From Diplonema japonicum (Eukaryota; Protista; Euglenozoa: Diplonemea), in contig OZ025723.1 of assembly GCA_964019335.1 (NCBI GenBank), forward strand, positions 248,001 to 312,000: a DNA stretch of 64,000 nucleotides, in the 5' to 3' direction. The translations under genes and the position numbers were made by a program. Positions 11,276 to 24,070 of this stretch are shown here, piece by piece (positions within the stretch are counted from its first letter, which is position 1; each line of letters opens with the position of its first letter). Under the pieces are notes generated by a model. The model was not told the origin of the DNA. It saw nothing but the letters and a program-made list of their open reading frames with translations, and ran no database searches.

Positions 11276-14075
11276 ATGAGCATGCGAGCAAGGTCACCGA
11301 CGTTGAGGGGCAGGTCCCCTGCTCCGAGGGCAAAATCCCCAAAGGGTGCGATCGCGGCACCGACACGTGACACCAGCCCTGGTGTGTCCGGTTTAGGACA
11401 CAGCGTGAGGAGGGAGAGGAGGAACAGCTACAGCAGCTACACATCTGCTGCAGAGGGCAGGAGGGTGACAAGGAGAAGCAGCATCAGCCCTACACCTGCT
11501 GCCGGTATACAGCGAATGCGAGACAACAGAGCACAGAAGAACACAACTGGCGGTGAGACAGAAGCAGTTAGGGTTGTACTGAGGGTTAGACCCTTTAACA
11601 CCATGGAAGACATTCAGCAGCAGGGCGCACGTCCCTGCCTTCTCCCCTCTTCCGACGACCTTTCGTTGCTCACAAGCGTGAGCCTACTCGAAAAGCGTGC
11701 GCAGTTCAAAGAAGAGCTTGAGGAGGAGTGCAGCAACACTTTCCAGTTCGACAAGGTCTTCTATCCCAGCGAGCTCAACGGCCCGTCACACGACGTCCAG
11801 ATGCACGAACAGAACGAGGTCTACGACAAGATAGGTACGCCCTGCCTCACGAACCTCTTCGACTCCTACAATTCCTGCGTGTTCGCATACGGCCAGACAG
11901 GCTCTGGAAAAACCCATACCATGATGGGCAGTGCAGACGTTGAGGGTATCATCCCGAGGTTCTGTAAGCAGCTCCTTTCAAGATATGAGGAGCTTCCTCC
12001 TCTGTCCCAGCAGACCATCAAGCTCCAAGCATCCTTCGTCGAGATTTATTGCGAGAACCTCTACGATCTCATGTCTCCTGAGGAGGTAAAGAAGCAGTCA
12101 TGGGTCCAGAACGGGAGGCACAACGACGCCAACGCCGTGAACAGGAAGAAGTTGGCCCTCAGGCAGCACCCTGTTCACGGGCTGACGGTGGCTGGCGCGC
12201 AGTCGTTCCCTGTCTCCACATGGAATGAGGTCGACGCTGTGCTGCGCAAGGGCATGGCCGCAAGGTCCACCGCCGCCACGTCCATGAACGACCAATCCTC
12301 CAGGAGCCACGCCATGTTCCAGATCACGATGGAGATGTCGACACAAAGGGGACGCAAGAAGCAGGAGCAGACCTTCTCCACGGCCACCATCAGGTTCGTG
12401 GACCTTGCTGGTTCTGAGAACCTGAAGAAGAGCGGCTCGGACGGTGCCCGCATGCACGAGTCGATCCACATCAACACCTCACTGCTCTCTCTCCGTAGGG
12501 TCATCGACCAGCTACTTGAGAACAAGGCCATGCCAGCTTACAGGGACTCGAAGCTCACACGTCTCTTGTCCGACTGCCTTGGCGGCAACAGCAAGACGTG
12601 GTTCCTTGCGTGTGTCTCACCCAGCGTCATCAACTTGGAGGAGACTAAGAACACCTTGAGGTACGCAGCGAAGGCTACGCGCATCGTGAACCACGTGAAG
12701 CGCAACATGGACGTCGGCGACAGGCTGGAAGAGGACCTCATCCACCTGAAGGAAGAGTTGGCCCTGGCAAGGGGCGGGGAGGTTGATGAGCTCAAGACGC
12801 TCATAACTCAGTACGAGAGGACGCAGGCAGACATGGTCGTGAACATGGAGCTACTACAGTCGAAGCAAGAAGAGGCTGAGAGGGCCGTTAAAGAAGCAGA
12901 GCTGCAGGCCGAGCTTAAGGTGAAGCAGCTGAACGAGTCGTCTCAGAGGGCACGCGCAGTGCACACCGTAGAGCTTGAGAAAATGCAGCAGGGCCTCAAG
13001 CAGATCAACAGCAAAGCCGAGAGCTACAAGCAAAAGCTCGAACGCGAGGAGGAACAGACAGTGGCTGCGCAGCGTGAGCTGGAAAAGCAGAAGGAGATCG
13101 CAGAAACGCGCAAATCAGAGCTGAGGCAGATGGAGGAGGCCATCGCAGAACGTGAAAGGCGTGCTGCCGAAGAAAAGCGTGCTTGGGAAGAACTGACTAC
13201 AGAAATGGAAGGCGAGATGGAGAAGCGCCTTGCCAAGTATGAAATGGGGGGGGGTGTAAAAAAACAACAACAAAACCAACTTCAGCTGGAGGGAGTTGGA
13301 CGCCGAGGCATACGAGGACCACAAGGAGGAGCTGACCGCTCTCAGGAAAGAACTGCAGGAGTCGCTGGACAGACAGTTGAAGCTGAAGGATGAAGAGTAC
13401 GACGCACTGAAATCAGAGGTTTCAAAGCTAACCAAAGAGAAAAGGGAGGTGGTGGAGACAATGGTGGAGCTGAAGGTGGCACACGCAACACAAATGTCAG
13501 CTATGGAGCAGAAACACGAAGAGACAGAGAAAACGTTCAAAAGAGAGGCCGAAGAGATGAGACTAAGGCAGCACGCAGCAGCGTCTCAAATGGCGGGAGA
13601 CGTAGAAGGCCTGAGAAGTGGGTTGGAAGCAGAGGTACTGATGAAGAGAGCTGAAATTGAAAAGATCAAGAAACGATGTGATGACGAGGTAGCAGAGATG
13701 AAACGACGAATGGAAGCCTCCGAGCAGCGCGCAGCTATGGCTGAGGCTCGTGCTGTGAAGGTTGAAAATAAATTCTCTGAGATCGACCACGGCCTCAAAG
13801 ACATGGAAGAAATCCACGGCAGAACACAACGCATCATCTGCGCTGCTGATGAAACCAACTGGGAGGGGAACGAAGATCTCTTAGCTCTTATCCGTGATGT
13901 GAATTCATGGGGCCGTCAGCTCAAGTCCAACCGTGCCGATTTTGGCTACCTCATCGCCTCGCGTTGCAGACCTGAGTACGAGTCTGCCTGCCTTCCTTCC
14001 CACTTAACACCAGTTGAGTCCTCTCAAGGCCGTCACAAGCGCAGCACTTCAAGCAGGCGCCTGAGGAAGATGTAG
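11276..14075 (+). CDS. Kinesin motor protein with coiled-coil tail; intron 13237-13285
   Basis: FAYGQTGSGKT, SSRSH, VDLAGSE and YRDSKLTRLL motifs. The intron joins ORFs 11276 and 13296 (KRLAN|WRELDAEAY). Confidence 0.95.
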
Positions 14076-15019
14076 AATGGATCTAGATTTTTGTTGTACC
14101 CTCTTCCCTCCCCTTTGCTCGGCCCCCATGTTTTTTTTTTTCTCTTTTTTCCCTCCCATTATTATTGTCAAAAAATCTATGAAACTTTTTATATACACCC
14201 CCCATTTTTTTTTTTCCCCCAGAGGAGCTGAATTTAAAAAAAAAAAGAATTTCTGTGTAGAGAAGGAAATAAAAAAAAAGAAGAAGAAAGAAGAAGAAGA
14301 AAGGAGGACAATCTTTTTTTTTTTATTTGTGACCAAGGCCCTTTCTGAGCGTGCCCTGTTCACTGAATAAAGATAGATGGAAGCATGGGGAAAAAAAAAT
14401 AGGGACGGGAAAAAAAACCCCCCTTCAATAGAATTTTTTTTTTACCCACTTCCTTTACTTGTCCCCTCTTCGCAAAAAAAAAAAAGAAGAAGAAAAAAAA
14501 AACTTAAACCCCGTCCACTTTCATTAGAAGAAAAAAAAGGGCTTGTACTTCTTGTCCTCGAAATCTCCCCCCTTTTGCTCCCCTGCAAACCGAAATAATC
14601 TTTTTTTTTTGACAAGAATAAGGCTGCCTTACCGCTTCGTTAAAGAAAAAAGATGCCCCCTGCCCCGAGGAAACGGGGACCACGCACACACATTGGTGAC
14701 CGATATACAGGTCTTAACGGCTTCGACTTGTAGCACCTTTGATGTTAAAAGATCAATTTTTTTTTTCTTGTCTCTCAAACGTTTTCTACCTTTCCCTCTT
14801 CCCCTCCCTCCTTTCCCCAGGTTTACAATTTGTACAAAACACATTATTTCCCTCCCCCCTTTAACAACACCCTCCGCTCCCTCAATAGATGATTTCCCCC
14901 CTCTCCCCCCCCCCCTTTTTTTCCCATATTTTTGTTCCAATTTGACAAAAGATATATTTTAATTTTTAAAAAAAAAAAAGAAAAATAAGAGGGGGGGGAA
15001 AAATAAAATAAAATAAATA

Positions 15020-16097
15020 ATGGCGGACCGTGTGGGGAAATTAATCGAAAAATATCTATCAGGTGAATACTTGTCGAGGTTTGCGGCATGGAAGGGGGTC
15101 GTAGAGGAGGGTAGCGGGTCCGTGGGGTACGACGAACTGCGGACCATAGCAGAGTTCAGTGAAGAGGTCCAAAGCGAAGAAGAATTCGACCTCTTCATGA
15201 AACAGTACAAAGGTTCCATAAAATACGACGTGGCAAGGCGGACTGCAAAACTAGAACAACGCACCGAGAGGATGGCCGTAATGGGCGTGCACGAGAATAC
15301 CCCTGACGAAGAAATATTGCAATTCTTCAAAGAGAACGGGTTTGAGATCCACGATCTGGCGCGATTCAGCGGGAACAAAGCGAGGGTTGTGGAATTCTCC
15401 GCAAACCCCACCACCCTAGAAAAGCTCAAGGATCTCCGAGACGGGTTGTGCTTCGAACAGCCCACCTGCGAGCTCTCTTCTAAATTCCTCCCCAAAGGCC
15501 TTCGGTTTGAAACCCCCAATTCTGTACTGCACAACGAGCAAACCCCTGCAGCCGAGAAGTTAACCTATGTCAACGAAGATTGCATGCTCAGGGTGACAGG
15601 CGATGCTGTTCAGTCCGCAACACTCCTTGACCTCAAACAGTTTTTGACAATGAGATACATCCCTTATCTTAAACAGGTGAAACATTGCGTCCTCACCACG
15701 GCTGAGTGCGGCAAGAAAACCGGTTTTTTTTACCTCAGCAGCCCTTCATTGGTGGAAGAAGTTATCTTCACGTTCGCCACTAATCCATCCAAGCTGCAGG
15801 GTCTCACCCTTGCACTGTCCCACCCATCACCTGCCGAACGGGCTGTGTTTGGTGTGGGTGTCAAGGAGCATTTCGATAGAAATACCGAGGCCCGCCAACG
15901 AAAGGGCGGGGAAAAGGGTGGAAAGAAAGGCGGGAAGAAGGGTGGAAAGAAAGGTGGGAAAGGCGGGAAAGGCGGGAAGAAATCCGACGGCAAAAACCGA
16001 AACCCTAAGCGAAAGCGGGAAGAGGTGTGTTTTATTTATAAAAAAAGAAAAAAGAAAAAAAAAGGAGCATGACACTGGCGGTTACAGCTTTGCGTAG
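15020..16097 (+). CDS. La/LARP-like RNA-binding protein (divergent La motif, two RRM-like regions, KKGG basic tail); intron 16025-16064
   Basis: N-terminal IEKYLSGEYL..G.V....L..I..F resembles a La motif; two RRM-sized blocks; KKGG repeats and KRKR. The gene is solid, the family call tentative. Confidence 0.55.
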
Positions 16098-16132
16098 GAA
16101 GGGGGGGAAGGAGAGGAAGGAAAAAAAAAAGA

Positions 16133-16136
<4 letters not shown>

Positions 16137-16181
<45 letters not shown>
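16137..16181. repeat. (AG)n microsatellite
   Basis: About 45 nt of AG dinucleotides. Confidence 0.95.
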
Positions 16182-16185
<4 letters not shown>

Positions 16186-16295
16186 AATAGTGTGATCCTT
16201 TCATTTTTTTTTTTTTTTAGAAATATCTATGTCCACAACCTTGCGTCCGTCCTGTTTCGTGTCCTTGGGTATTTGGTTGAGGTCCCCATTCCCCA

Positions 16296-16443
16296 TCAAG
16301 CCAAGCTATTCCGCCGGAAGTCCCCCCGAAAAGGGCGTGTCGCTCCCCAGAACTCTCCAGCACGTCCTGTCAACGATTACTATCGTCTCCCTTTGCGACA
16401 TCACCGCCTCGTCCCACACTATAACGTGGTGCCCCTGCACAGC
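16296..16443 (-). pseudogene. PIF1-type (Helitron-like) helicase fragment
   Basis: Minus strand reads HVIVWDEAVMSQRETIVIVDRTCWRVLGSDTPFSGG, then GDFR in a shifted frame. This matches PIF1 motifs II-III (IIWDEAPM..VDR..PFGG..GDFRQ). Confidence 0.8.
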
Positions 16444-16487
16444 AAAAAAAAGATGCCTTTACCCACGAAACACGCACTCTAGGGTCG

Positions 16488-19400
16488 ATGGGATGTTGCG
16501 CTTCAAAGAAAGAAGATGAAAATGAAGTAGTTCTAAGAGAACTCGCTCCGCGGGAAGCTCCTCCGAGCATAGAGATATTGCTGATACCGCCCACACCTTT
16601 GCAGAGCGAAACCGAGTCTCAGTTTGTGTTGGATACTGAACCGTCCGACCAAGAGATTGTGCTGAAGAACGCACCACTAGAGAATGAAGAAGTCCCTGCA
16701 CCTGTGCCATTACCTGAGCCTACGCCAGAGAAGCCTGAGCCTGAGCCTGAGCCTGAACCTGAACCTGAACCTGAGCCCGAGCCTGAAGTCGAGGAATTCC
16801 CGCCTACTCCAAGAACACCTATAGGTGAAAGACTATTGTCCCTTATCCAGCAAGAAGCCGACGACCGTGTCATGCACAAGCTTGCCGCGCACACGAGTTT
16901 TGTAAGCACTTTGAAAGACGCCGAATCATGTCTCGCATACATCGCTTTGGACAACGAAGCGGTAGCCTCAATGATGTCCGTGCGGGCTGAGGAACCCCTT
17001 GCCTGGTGTGCCGCGTGCAGCGATTGCAATGCTGGTGTTATGTCCCTCGACGAACGGGCAGAACGGCATCGTCTTGCAGCTGATTTTCTTGACGCTGCGG
17101 AGGGTCTCGACCGAGCATTGATGGACACGCAGTGGCGTAGCTATGTTGATAAGTTGACGGTGCAGCGTCACGGTGTTCATGCCGTGCATGAGATCTACGA
17201 TGAAGAAGAAAGCGAGCGGGAGTGGTGCCGTGGATTGTTCAAACCGTTGATGGAAAGAATCGCAGCCAGAGACTTGGTTGCCACCACCCTCGTGACTGCG
17301 TGTTGCCGAGTCGATGCTGAAGCTGCTCGTCGCTGTGCTGATAACCTAATCGCCGAGTCGTACACCAGCAAGATGTTGTGTTTTACAACCTGCTGCCATG
17401 GGCATTTCGTTGCCACCGTCCTCTCCTCTGCTGAGCACTGCAATGCGTCATGGTCGGCAACCCGAGCTGCTGCCAATGCCTACCGCGAAGCCTCTTCTCG
17501 TTCTATTTTTACCCAGCCGCACCCCCGCCCCTTGCCGCTGCCTCAATTTCTCTCCACCCGTGTACACGCATACCTCCACTATACCTTTCTTATCATGAAG
17601 TACAATCTTCTTATGCGGCATAGAAGGTGCCGCAACAATGTCGCTGCGTTGCATGTGCAGCAGTGGATGCGGACTAAGAAATCGCAGTGGATTGCGGAGA
17701 AGCTTGCGAGGAAAACAGCTCTCGCCGACCTTTACCAACGAAAAGCAGAGACAATCGTGGTGAAGATCACACAGAAGCACAGCAGCAAGCCCCTGCCGAA
17801 CGAGGTGATGGTGGAGATGGTGCACGACGAGCTCCTCACAGACGTGGAGTGCAGGCAAGCAGCACGGAGCATGATGGGAGCACCCTCCATGGGACACCCT
17901 GTGTGCAGCGTCAGTACCGTTCATGCAGAAAAAAGAAGCGCGTGTCCCCTCTCCACACCTATTGAAGGTTCAAACACAGACCTGGATCCCGCTACAATGG
18001 CCGCGTGCACCATGCAGCGATGCTGGCGTCGTTCTCACGCTGGTTCAGTACTCCTTGCAAAGAAAAAGTGTCACCAAGCAGAATTGCTTCCTTCTGCTCT
18101 GATTTCTGATATTTACTCGAGAGCCCTCTCGATTCAATTCCGTGGTTTGATACTAGTCAAGCGATACGCGGCAAGGTGGGCGGGAGTGCGACAGAAGCAA
18201 CGACAACAGCATAAAGCATCGGTGACTTTACAGTGCACTTGGCGGTGTTGGCAGTCTCGAAGGGAGCTAAAGAATCGCAAAGACAAAGAAGCCAATCGAC
18301 AGAAAGCTCTTGCCGTGCAGCGCAAGCATTTAGAGACGTCGCATGCTGAGGAGCGGACCGCATTCAACAAAACGTTCAACATCAGCAACAGAAGCCTCGC
18401 GAAGGAAGAGGGCGAAGCGTGGAAGGAGATGCTGGGACAGTTTGCCGACGTGAAACAAGCCTGCTTGGTGAAGCAGGATGCGGAGCAAAGGCGGCAAAAA
18501 AACCCGAAAGAGATACGGAGCACCAGCACGGTGATGCAAACAGAGCTGCGAAGTATTGACAATCGAGACTTTGAGAAGACAAAAGAAAGCTTAGAAGAGC
18601 GCAAGCAGCAGATGGAAGAGGAGTCCAAAACGCTTCAACAGGAGATGGAAGACAGGTTACAAGAAGAAGCAGAAGAATACGAGAAGCGCCTTGAAGCACT
18701 GCAAGACACCACAAACCGCGTAGACGCTGCACTGGGCCGTGCTGCAGTGGCAATGGAAGAGTCAGACGCAAGGAGAAAAAGCACGGCAGTGATCAACATC
18801 GACGGGAGGTGCGGGGGTGGGAAGCGTTCCTTCGCCGAGCAGCGGGCGTCGCGCGTCTCATGTGCAATGCTGCCCCCTGGTGCCGTTCGGAAACATTCCG
18901 TTGCTGTAGCCAAACAGTTGGAAGGAGAGCGGGAACCATCGGAGCATCAACAAGACACCACGAAAGTGAAACCGGCAGCGGTTGTTTTCACACCAGGCTA
19001 CCTACAAATGGTCACGGACGCAAGGGACGTCGTCACCACACGACTCCATCACTCTGTCATACCCGCTTGCAAACGTGGCTCTGTGCTCTCCGCCTTCTCT
19101 GCCGGTGGTGTGCTGTATACGACTTTTTACAAATCAAGCGAACTCACATTATGCGACCTAACATGCAGTACTTGGGGCGTTGTCCACCGCAGTACGTGGG
19201 ACGAACGATGGACCGAGGTTCTTGGGTTCGCCTACGGTGCACGGGGAAAGGTAGCGTACTACTCAGCAGCAACTGGAGAGCTAGGTGTCGCAGTATGGTC
19301 GAAGGAGTACGTCGCCGTGACAGAGGAATCAAGAGTGTGCCTGGACCGGGAGATGGGACAGCTCAGCCACACAATGTGCCACGAGACGCTGACAAGCTAC

Positions 19401-20485
19401 TTCATGGTGGCCAACATGCTGAAGGCGGAGTATGTTGTTGCGACATACGACCACAAGGCACCCCTCGCAGCACAGCCGTGCAGACAAATATGCCTCCCGT
19501 CCATCGCCTTGTCATTCTCACTCGCAGTCTACCCCGAAGGAATGTCAGTGTGCGTGGTGACGGTGTCGGGGTACGCGGTGTTTGGTATTGAAGGCAACCC
19601 GCGTGAAGAGCATTCCATGCCATGCTCACATGCTGCAGTGGTCGGTTTCGCTCCTCCATGCGCGTGTTGCCTGTTAAGGTGCGACGTAGCGAAGGGAGAG
19701 ACATACTTCACCGACATCGCAAGCCCCCAAAGGGTCATTGGCGACTGCATCCAAACTTCACGTTTAATAAAGCTCGCGCCTGTTGATCCATGGGACGTGG
19801 GGGACATGGACGACGACGACGATGGACAGTTCGGGAAAGGCCTTGCGAATGGCAGCGAAACGCCTGAGGTGACAGGGGACTTGGTGGTGGTGAAACCACT
19901 GCCCCCTTTAAAAAACGAACCCCCAGCTCTCGACGCCGTCACCGTTGTCAAGGAGAAGGAAACGAAGCCGAGCGACAGAATTCTGTCGAAACCACGTCGC
20001 GTGTCGGATACAAAAAGGCAATCGGTGCAGAAGCTGGCCAGAAAGTCCCTTCATGCGTCTCTAACCGGCGGGGGAGTGTCTGTGCCCTGCAGCGGTGAAG
20101 AGCTGATCATGTCTCATGCAGGACTCACCAACGAGAACTCCTTCACCGTTGTGACCGCTGTCTCTGTCAACAAACAGTTGAAAGTCTTGGACCTAAGCCA
20201 TAACGAGCTATCGGATGACTTCGCAGTTGCACTCGCACCCGCTTTGAAATATGCGTTCTCGCTGACGTCTGTAAGGTATTGTGGGGTGTGGGGAGAGGGG
20301 AAGGGAAAGGTAATTCACACTTCAGTATCAGCCACAACAATCTATCGAATCTAGGTGCGCAGCACCTCATGTCTGCGTTTGCCATCAACACCTCGATCAC
20401 CGCTTGCGACCTCAGAGGCAACCCCCGCATTACTGAACCAACGCGTGAGGAGCTTCGAAAGGCGCTGAAAAGCTGTTTAGCCTAG
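16488..20485 (+). CDS. Dually acylated (MGCC) protein with PE repeat, IQ motifs, coiled coil and C-terminal LRRs; intron 20276-20325
   Basis: MGCCAS start; VQQWMR, MQRCWR and LQCTWR IQ-like motifs; LKVLDLSHNEL, ISHNNL and CDLRGN LRRs after splicing. Confidence 0.85.
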
Positions 20486-20590
20486 AGGGGGGATAAGAAA
20501 AGCAACCCATTTACGTGGGCTTCGCCTTCACCCCCTCGTCTCCCTCAATTCCCTTGTTGTTAAGTCCATTACGTCCCAAAAAAAGGGAAA

Positions 20591-22804
20591 ATGGTTGCTT
20601 CTCAAAACACGGTTTTGAGTTACAAAAAGGAACGGGATGCCTTGGAAAGAATACGCGCGCAGTCGAGGGAAACTTCGTCGAATCTGCTTCAAGTTTCTTA
20701 CAGCCCGGAGGTGGTGGCGCTGCAGCAGCCTGAAAGGCTGGGGACACCGAAGTTTAGGCGGGAGATGGTCATGAAAAGGTTCATGTCCTCTAACAATTAC
20801 GAGCAGATGTACCTTCTGTTCAGGGGAGACATCCCAGGAGGGAAAGCGGACGACGCTTTAGTCCCGCTGCACATTCTCCAGCTGGAGCAGAAAAAAAACA
20901 TTTCGCTGAACAAAACGGTGAAGCACGTGACGCAGCTGTACAAAGAAATGAGCAGCACGCACAATGCTAAAACCGCTGAATGCGACGCGATCAAAGCAAC
21001 GTTGGACGATTCCCTCAAATCAGCAAGCACCGCGAAGAAAAGCCTCGTTGATGCTAGAGGGAGGATCGCGGAACTGTCGATGGAGGTTCTCAGGCTCGAG
21101 GACCAACTCGGTCTGGTTGATAAAATCCCAGTCTTGGAAGACGAACTGGTCGAGCTGAAAAAACAAAACGCGGAACTATCGGTTGCAAACGCCAGCCAGT
21201 CCTCCACCATTACACACAACGAGGCTATGATTTCCTCTTTACGACAGGATTTAAACGCGTTTTCGTTTGAAAAAGACGCACTCATCATGAAATACGAGGC
21301 GATTTGCAAAGAAAAAGCCAAGCTAGACGTGCTCCTGTCCATCACGGAACAGAACCTGAAAACAAAGTCCATCCAGCTTGACGTTGCTGACGGCCGTGTG
21401 AAATTTATCGAGCAACAGCTCGTGACACCCGAGCAAATCGAGGCGATCAAGAAAAAAAGGGCCACACACGTTTTCCGGACGACATCCGCACACTATGAAA
21501 AACTGCTCATGAAAGCGGAGTCAGACCTCTGCTTTGAAAGGAACGCACGTTTGGAATACCAAACACAGCACAACTCCGAAAAGGAAAAGCTACAAGCATT
21601 TATAACAACCCTGCAAGCCAAGACAGCGACATCCGAAGCACAACTCGAAGAATACTCAAGAAGACGATCCAGAATCGCTAGCTACAGCACCGGACCACGG
21701 AAGTCGTCAGCTACCCCGTCAAGCATGACCGACAGTGCCCCTGCAGCATCAATGAAACATCTAGAAAGGACAATTTTCGCGATGAACAAAGAGATACAAG
21801 ATACAGAGGTTCAACACCGTTCTGAAGTACACGAGCTCACCGAGAAGCTCCGCCGGTTTGAGGACAACGCAGCGTGCACCAAATGGGCCACCACCCTCCA
21901 CAAGGACATCTGCTCTGTTCTGTCAACGCACTACAAACATTCAGACACAGTCTTCGACATTTGGCACGGTGACCTCGAGGGAGTCATACGTTCTGACTTG
22001 TTGCTTCTAGATGCCTTGCTGCGATCCAAGACAAGCAAGGCAAAGACATCCAGAGTGCTGCGAATGATGCACTCTCTCCAAGGCGGTAAAGGCGAATACG
22101 AAAATGTGGCGAAGATTATAGACAGAATCGACAATCTACCCGACACACCGCCCCAAACGCCTGTCAAACATGAAAAGCAAACCAACCCTGCCCCGTGCGC
22201 TACCGCAAGCGATGCGGAGCTTCCCGAGCTTCCGGCTGTTGTGGAACCTGACGTCAATAAGCCCTATAATAAACCTTCTAATTATGCTAAAGAAGAGGAA
22301 TATTTATCAAATCCTTCCGGCAAAGCTGTTCCGTTGAAGGTAGACAGGGCACCCGAACAGCTTGTGTCGATGCCGATGATTCCAATTATCCCGTCGCCGC
22401 CTTCATGCGAAACGAAGGAAAAAAAAGAGGATGAGATTACTCAAAGGGTAGTTCGCAATGGTGGGGTTGGGGTGGGGTTCAGTAAAAGAATAAACGGGCT
22501 GAACAAGAAAGATTCTGATTCAGGTATGCCCAAGCTATCGCTGGGCAACAGCCTAGGCAAGACGAGGGCTGTTGTTAACAAAGTGCGAAAACAATTGAAG
22601 TTCATGGGGTCTGCCAAAGAAGACCGGCCGCGGCAAGGACAAACGGTAACAGCGCCTTCGGTCCGCGACGCCCCCCTTGTCCTTCCCGGCATTGGTGACG
22701 ACTGGGCCGGGCCCAAGAAGGCTGTTAGAAAGCCCTCGTTCGTAACAGAGCCTTTGAATAGGTTCCCCAATTTGCAGAATGCTTTTGATGAGCTTGAGTG
22801 TTGA
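20591..22804 (+). CDS. Coiled-coil hypothetical protein
   Basis: 737-aa ORF, heptad-rich, with an A-rich leader. Confidence 0.8.
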   Translation: MVASQNTVLSYKKERDALERIRAQSRETSSNLLQVSYSPEVVALQQPERLGTPKFRREMVMKRFMSSNNYEQMYLLFRGDIPGGKADDALVPLHILQLEQKKNISLNKTVKHVTQLYKEMSSTHNAKTAECDAIKATLDDSLKSASTAKKSLVDARGRIAELSMEVLRLEDQLGLVDKIPVLEDELVELKKQNAELSVANASQSSTITHNEAMISSLRQDLNAFSFEKDALIMKYEAICKEKAKLDVLLSITEQNLKTKSIQLDVADGRVKFIEQQLVTPEQIEAIKKKRATHVFRTTSAHYEKLLMKAESDLCFERNARLEYQTQHNSEKEKLQAFITTLQAKTATSEAQLEEYSRRRSRIASYSTGPRKSSATPSSMTDSAPAASMKHLERTIFAMNKEIQDTEVQHRSEVHELTEKLRRFEDNAACTKWATTLHKDICSVLSTHYKHSDTVFDIWHGDLEGVIRSDLLLLDALLRSKTSKAKTSRVLRMMHSLQGGKGEYENVAKIIDRIDNLPDTPPQTPVKHEKQTNPAPCATASDAELPELPAVVEPDVNKPYNKPSNYAKEEEYLSNPSGKAVPLKVDRAPEQLVSMPMIPIIPSPPSCETKEKKEDEITQRVVRNGGVGVGFSKRINGLNKKDSDSGMPKLSLGNSLGKTRAVVNKVRKQLKFMGSAKEDRPRQGQTVTAPSVRDAPLVLPGIGDDWAGPKKAVRKPSFVTEPLNRFPNLQNAFDELEC

Positions 22805-22984
22805 AATGGAAAAAAAAAAAAAAAAAAAAAAAAAAAGCTTTTTGTTTCTGTCACCCTTTTCCAAGGGAGGTATCGCCTTTTTCCCCCCCCCTCTTTTTTT
22901 TTTTAAGTGCCTTATGATAATGAAATTTTAAACCCTCCTCACACCCCCAAACCCAAAAAAAAGATTTTGAAAAAACAATAGAAA

Positions 22985-24070
22985 ATGGTGGGCAGCGAGA
23001 CCGATTACCATTTGGCGATAGAACAGGAGACCATATTTGAAACACCTTGGGGTAGATTTGCAGCCGGCAAGTTGATCAGCTCAGGTCAGAACAGCAAGGT
23101 ATGGAGCGGCGAGCACGAGGAGACAGGCGCCAAGGTCGCCATGAAAATCTACAAGGCAGACGTGAGGTGTGCCACCGCCGCGGTCAGGGAGGCGAGCATC
23201 TTAAAAAAAGTGCAGAACTGCAGACACACAATGCGATACTTTGGGTTCTTTCTATACCCCGCGTCAAACCCCGATTGGGCACCACACGTGGTCATACTGT
23301 CGCATCTCATGGACGGCTCGGTACTACTGGCGGGTCAGGTGGGCATCTCTTACCACAAGATCCAAAGAGAGGCAAGGCTACCGTTTTGTTTGACGATTCT
23401 ACGCCAGGTAGCGACAGCTCTGTCTGATTTGCATTCGATGGGGCTCACCCACTGCGATGTAAAACCTGAAAATCTCTTGGTGGGGCCTACCGGAGTGTGT
23501 TTGGCTGATTTCAACAACTGTTGCGAAAAGGGCACCACAGCACTGAACAATGGTGTATGGGAAGTTGGTACCTTGTGGTACAAATCCCCGGAGCTTCTGA
23601 ACGGTTCCCTGCACGCTGTGTACCCTGCTACTGATGTGTGGTCGCTGGCTTGTGTTGTGGGTGAGGTGTTATGTGGCGGGGCGCCATTATTTCCTGTCGA
23701 TGTGTCATTGCCTGTGGCAGAGGCCTCTTCTCGGATGCTATGGTTGATAGGGACCAGTTTGGATACTGGTCCCAGTACTCCTACTTCCATGTGTGATAGT
23801 GATTTCTCTTCGGACTTTGTGCCCTTTCCTACCACAGCCATAAGCTATCTTTTCTCGTCTGACGTATCGGCCTTGGATTTGCTCTTGCAAGATTTGCTGT
23901 CTGCTATGCTCCAGTCGGACCCAGCCATTCGTCCCACTTGCAAGCAGATTTTAAAACACCCTATCTTTTCCCACAACCCTGTGGAAGGATGCAACGGGGT
24001 GAAGGAAGGCTTCTTCGATGGGTTTAAAGAAGAGAACTCTCAGGCGTTCAGGTCGTACTGCAAAACATGA
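22985..24070 (+). CDS. Ser/Thr protein kinase, CMGC-like (DFN in place of DFG)
   Basis: VAMK, HCDVKPEN, LADFN, GTLWYKSPE and DVWSLAC motifs. Confidence 0.9.
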   Translation: MVGSETDYHLAIEQETIFETPWGRFAAGKLISSGQNSKVWSGEHEETGAKVAMKIYKADVRCATAAVREASILKKVQNCRHTMRYFGFFLYPASNPDWAPHVVILSHLMDGSVLLAGQVGISYHKIQREARLPFCLTILRQVATALSDLHSMGLTHCDVKPENLLVGPTGVCLADFNNCCEKGTTALNNGVWEVGTLWYKSPELLNGSLHAVYPATDVWSLACVVGEVLCGGAPLFPVDVSLPVAEASSRMLWLIGTSLDTGPSTPTSMCDSDFSSDFVPFPTTAISYLFSSDVSALDLLLQDLLSAMLQSDPAIRPTCKQILKHPIFSHNPVEGCNGVKEGFFDGFKEENSQAFRSYCKT

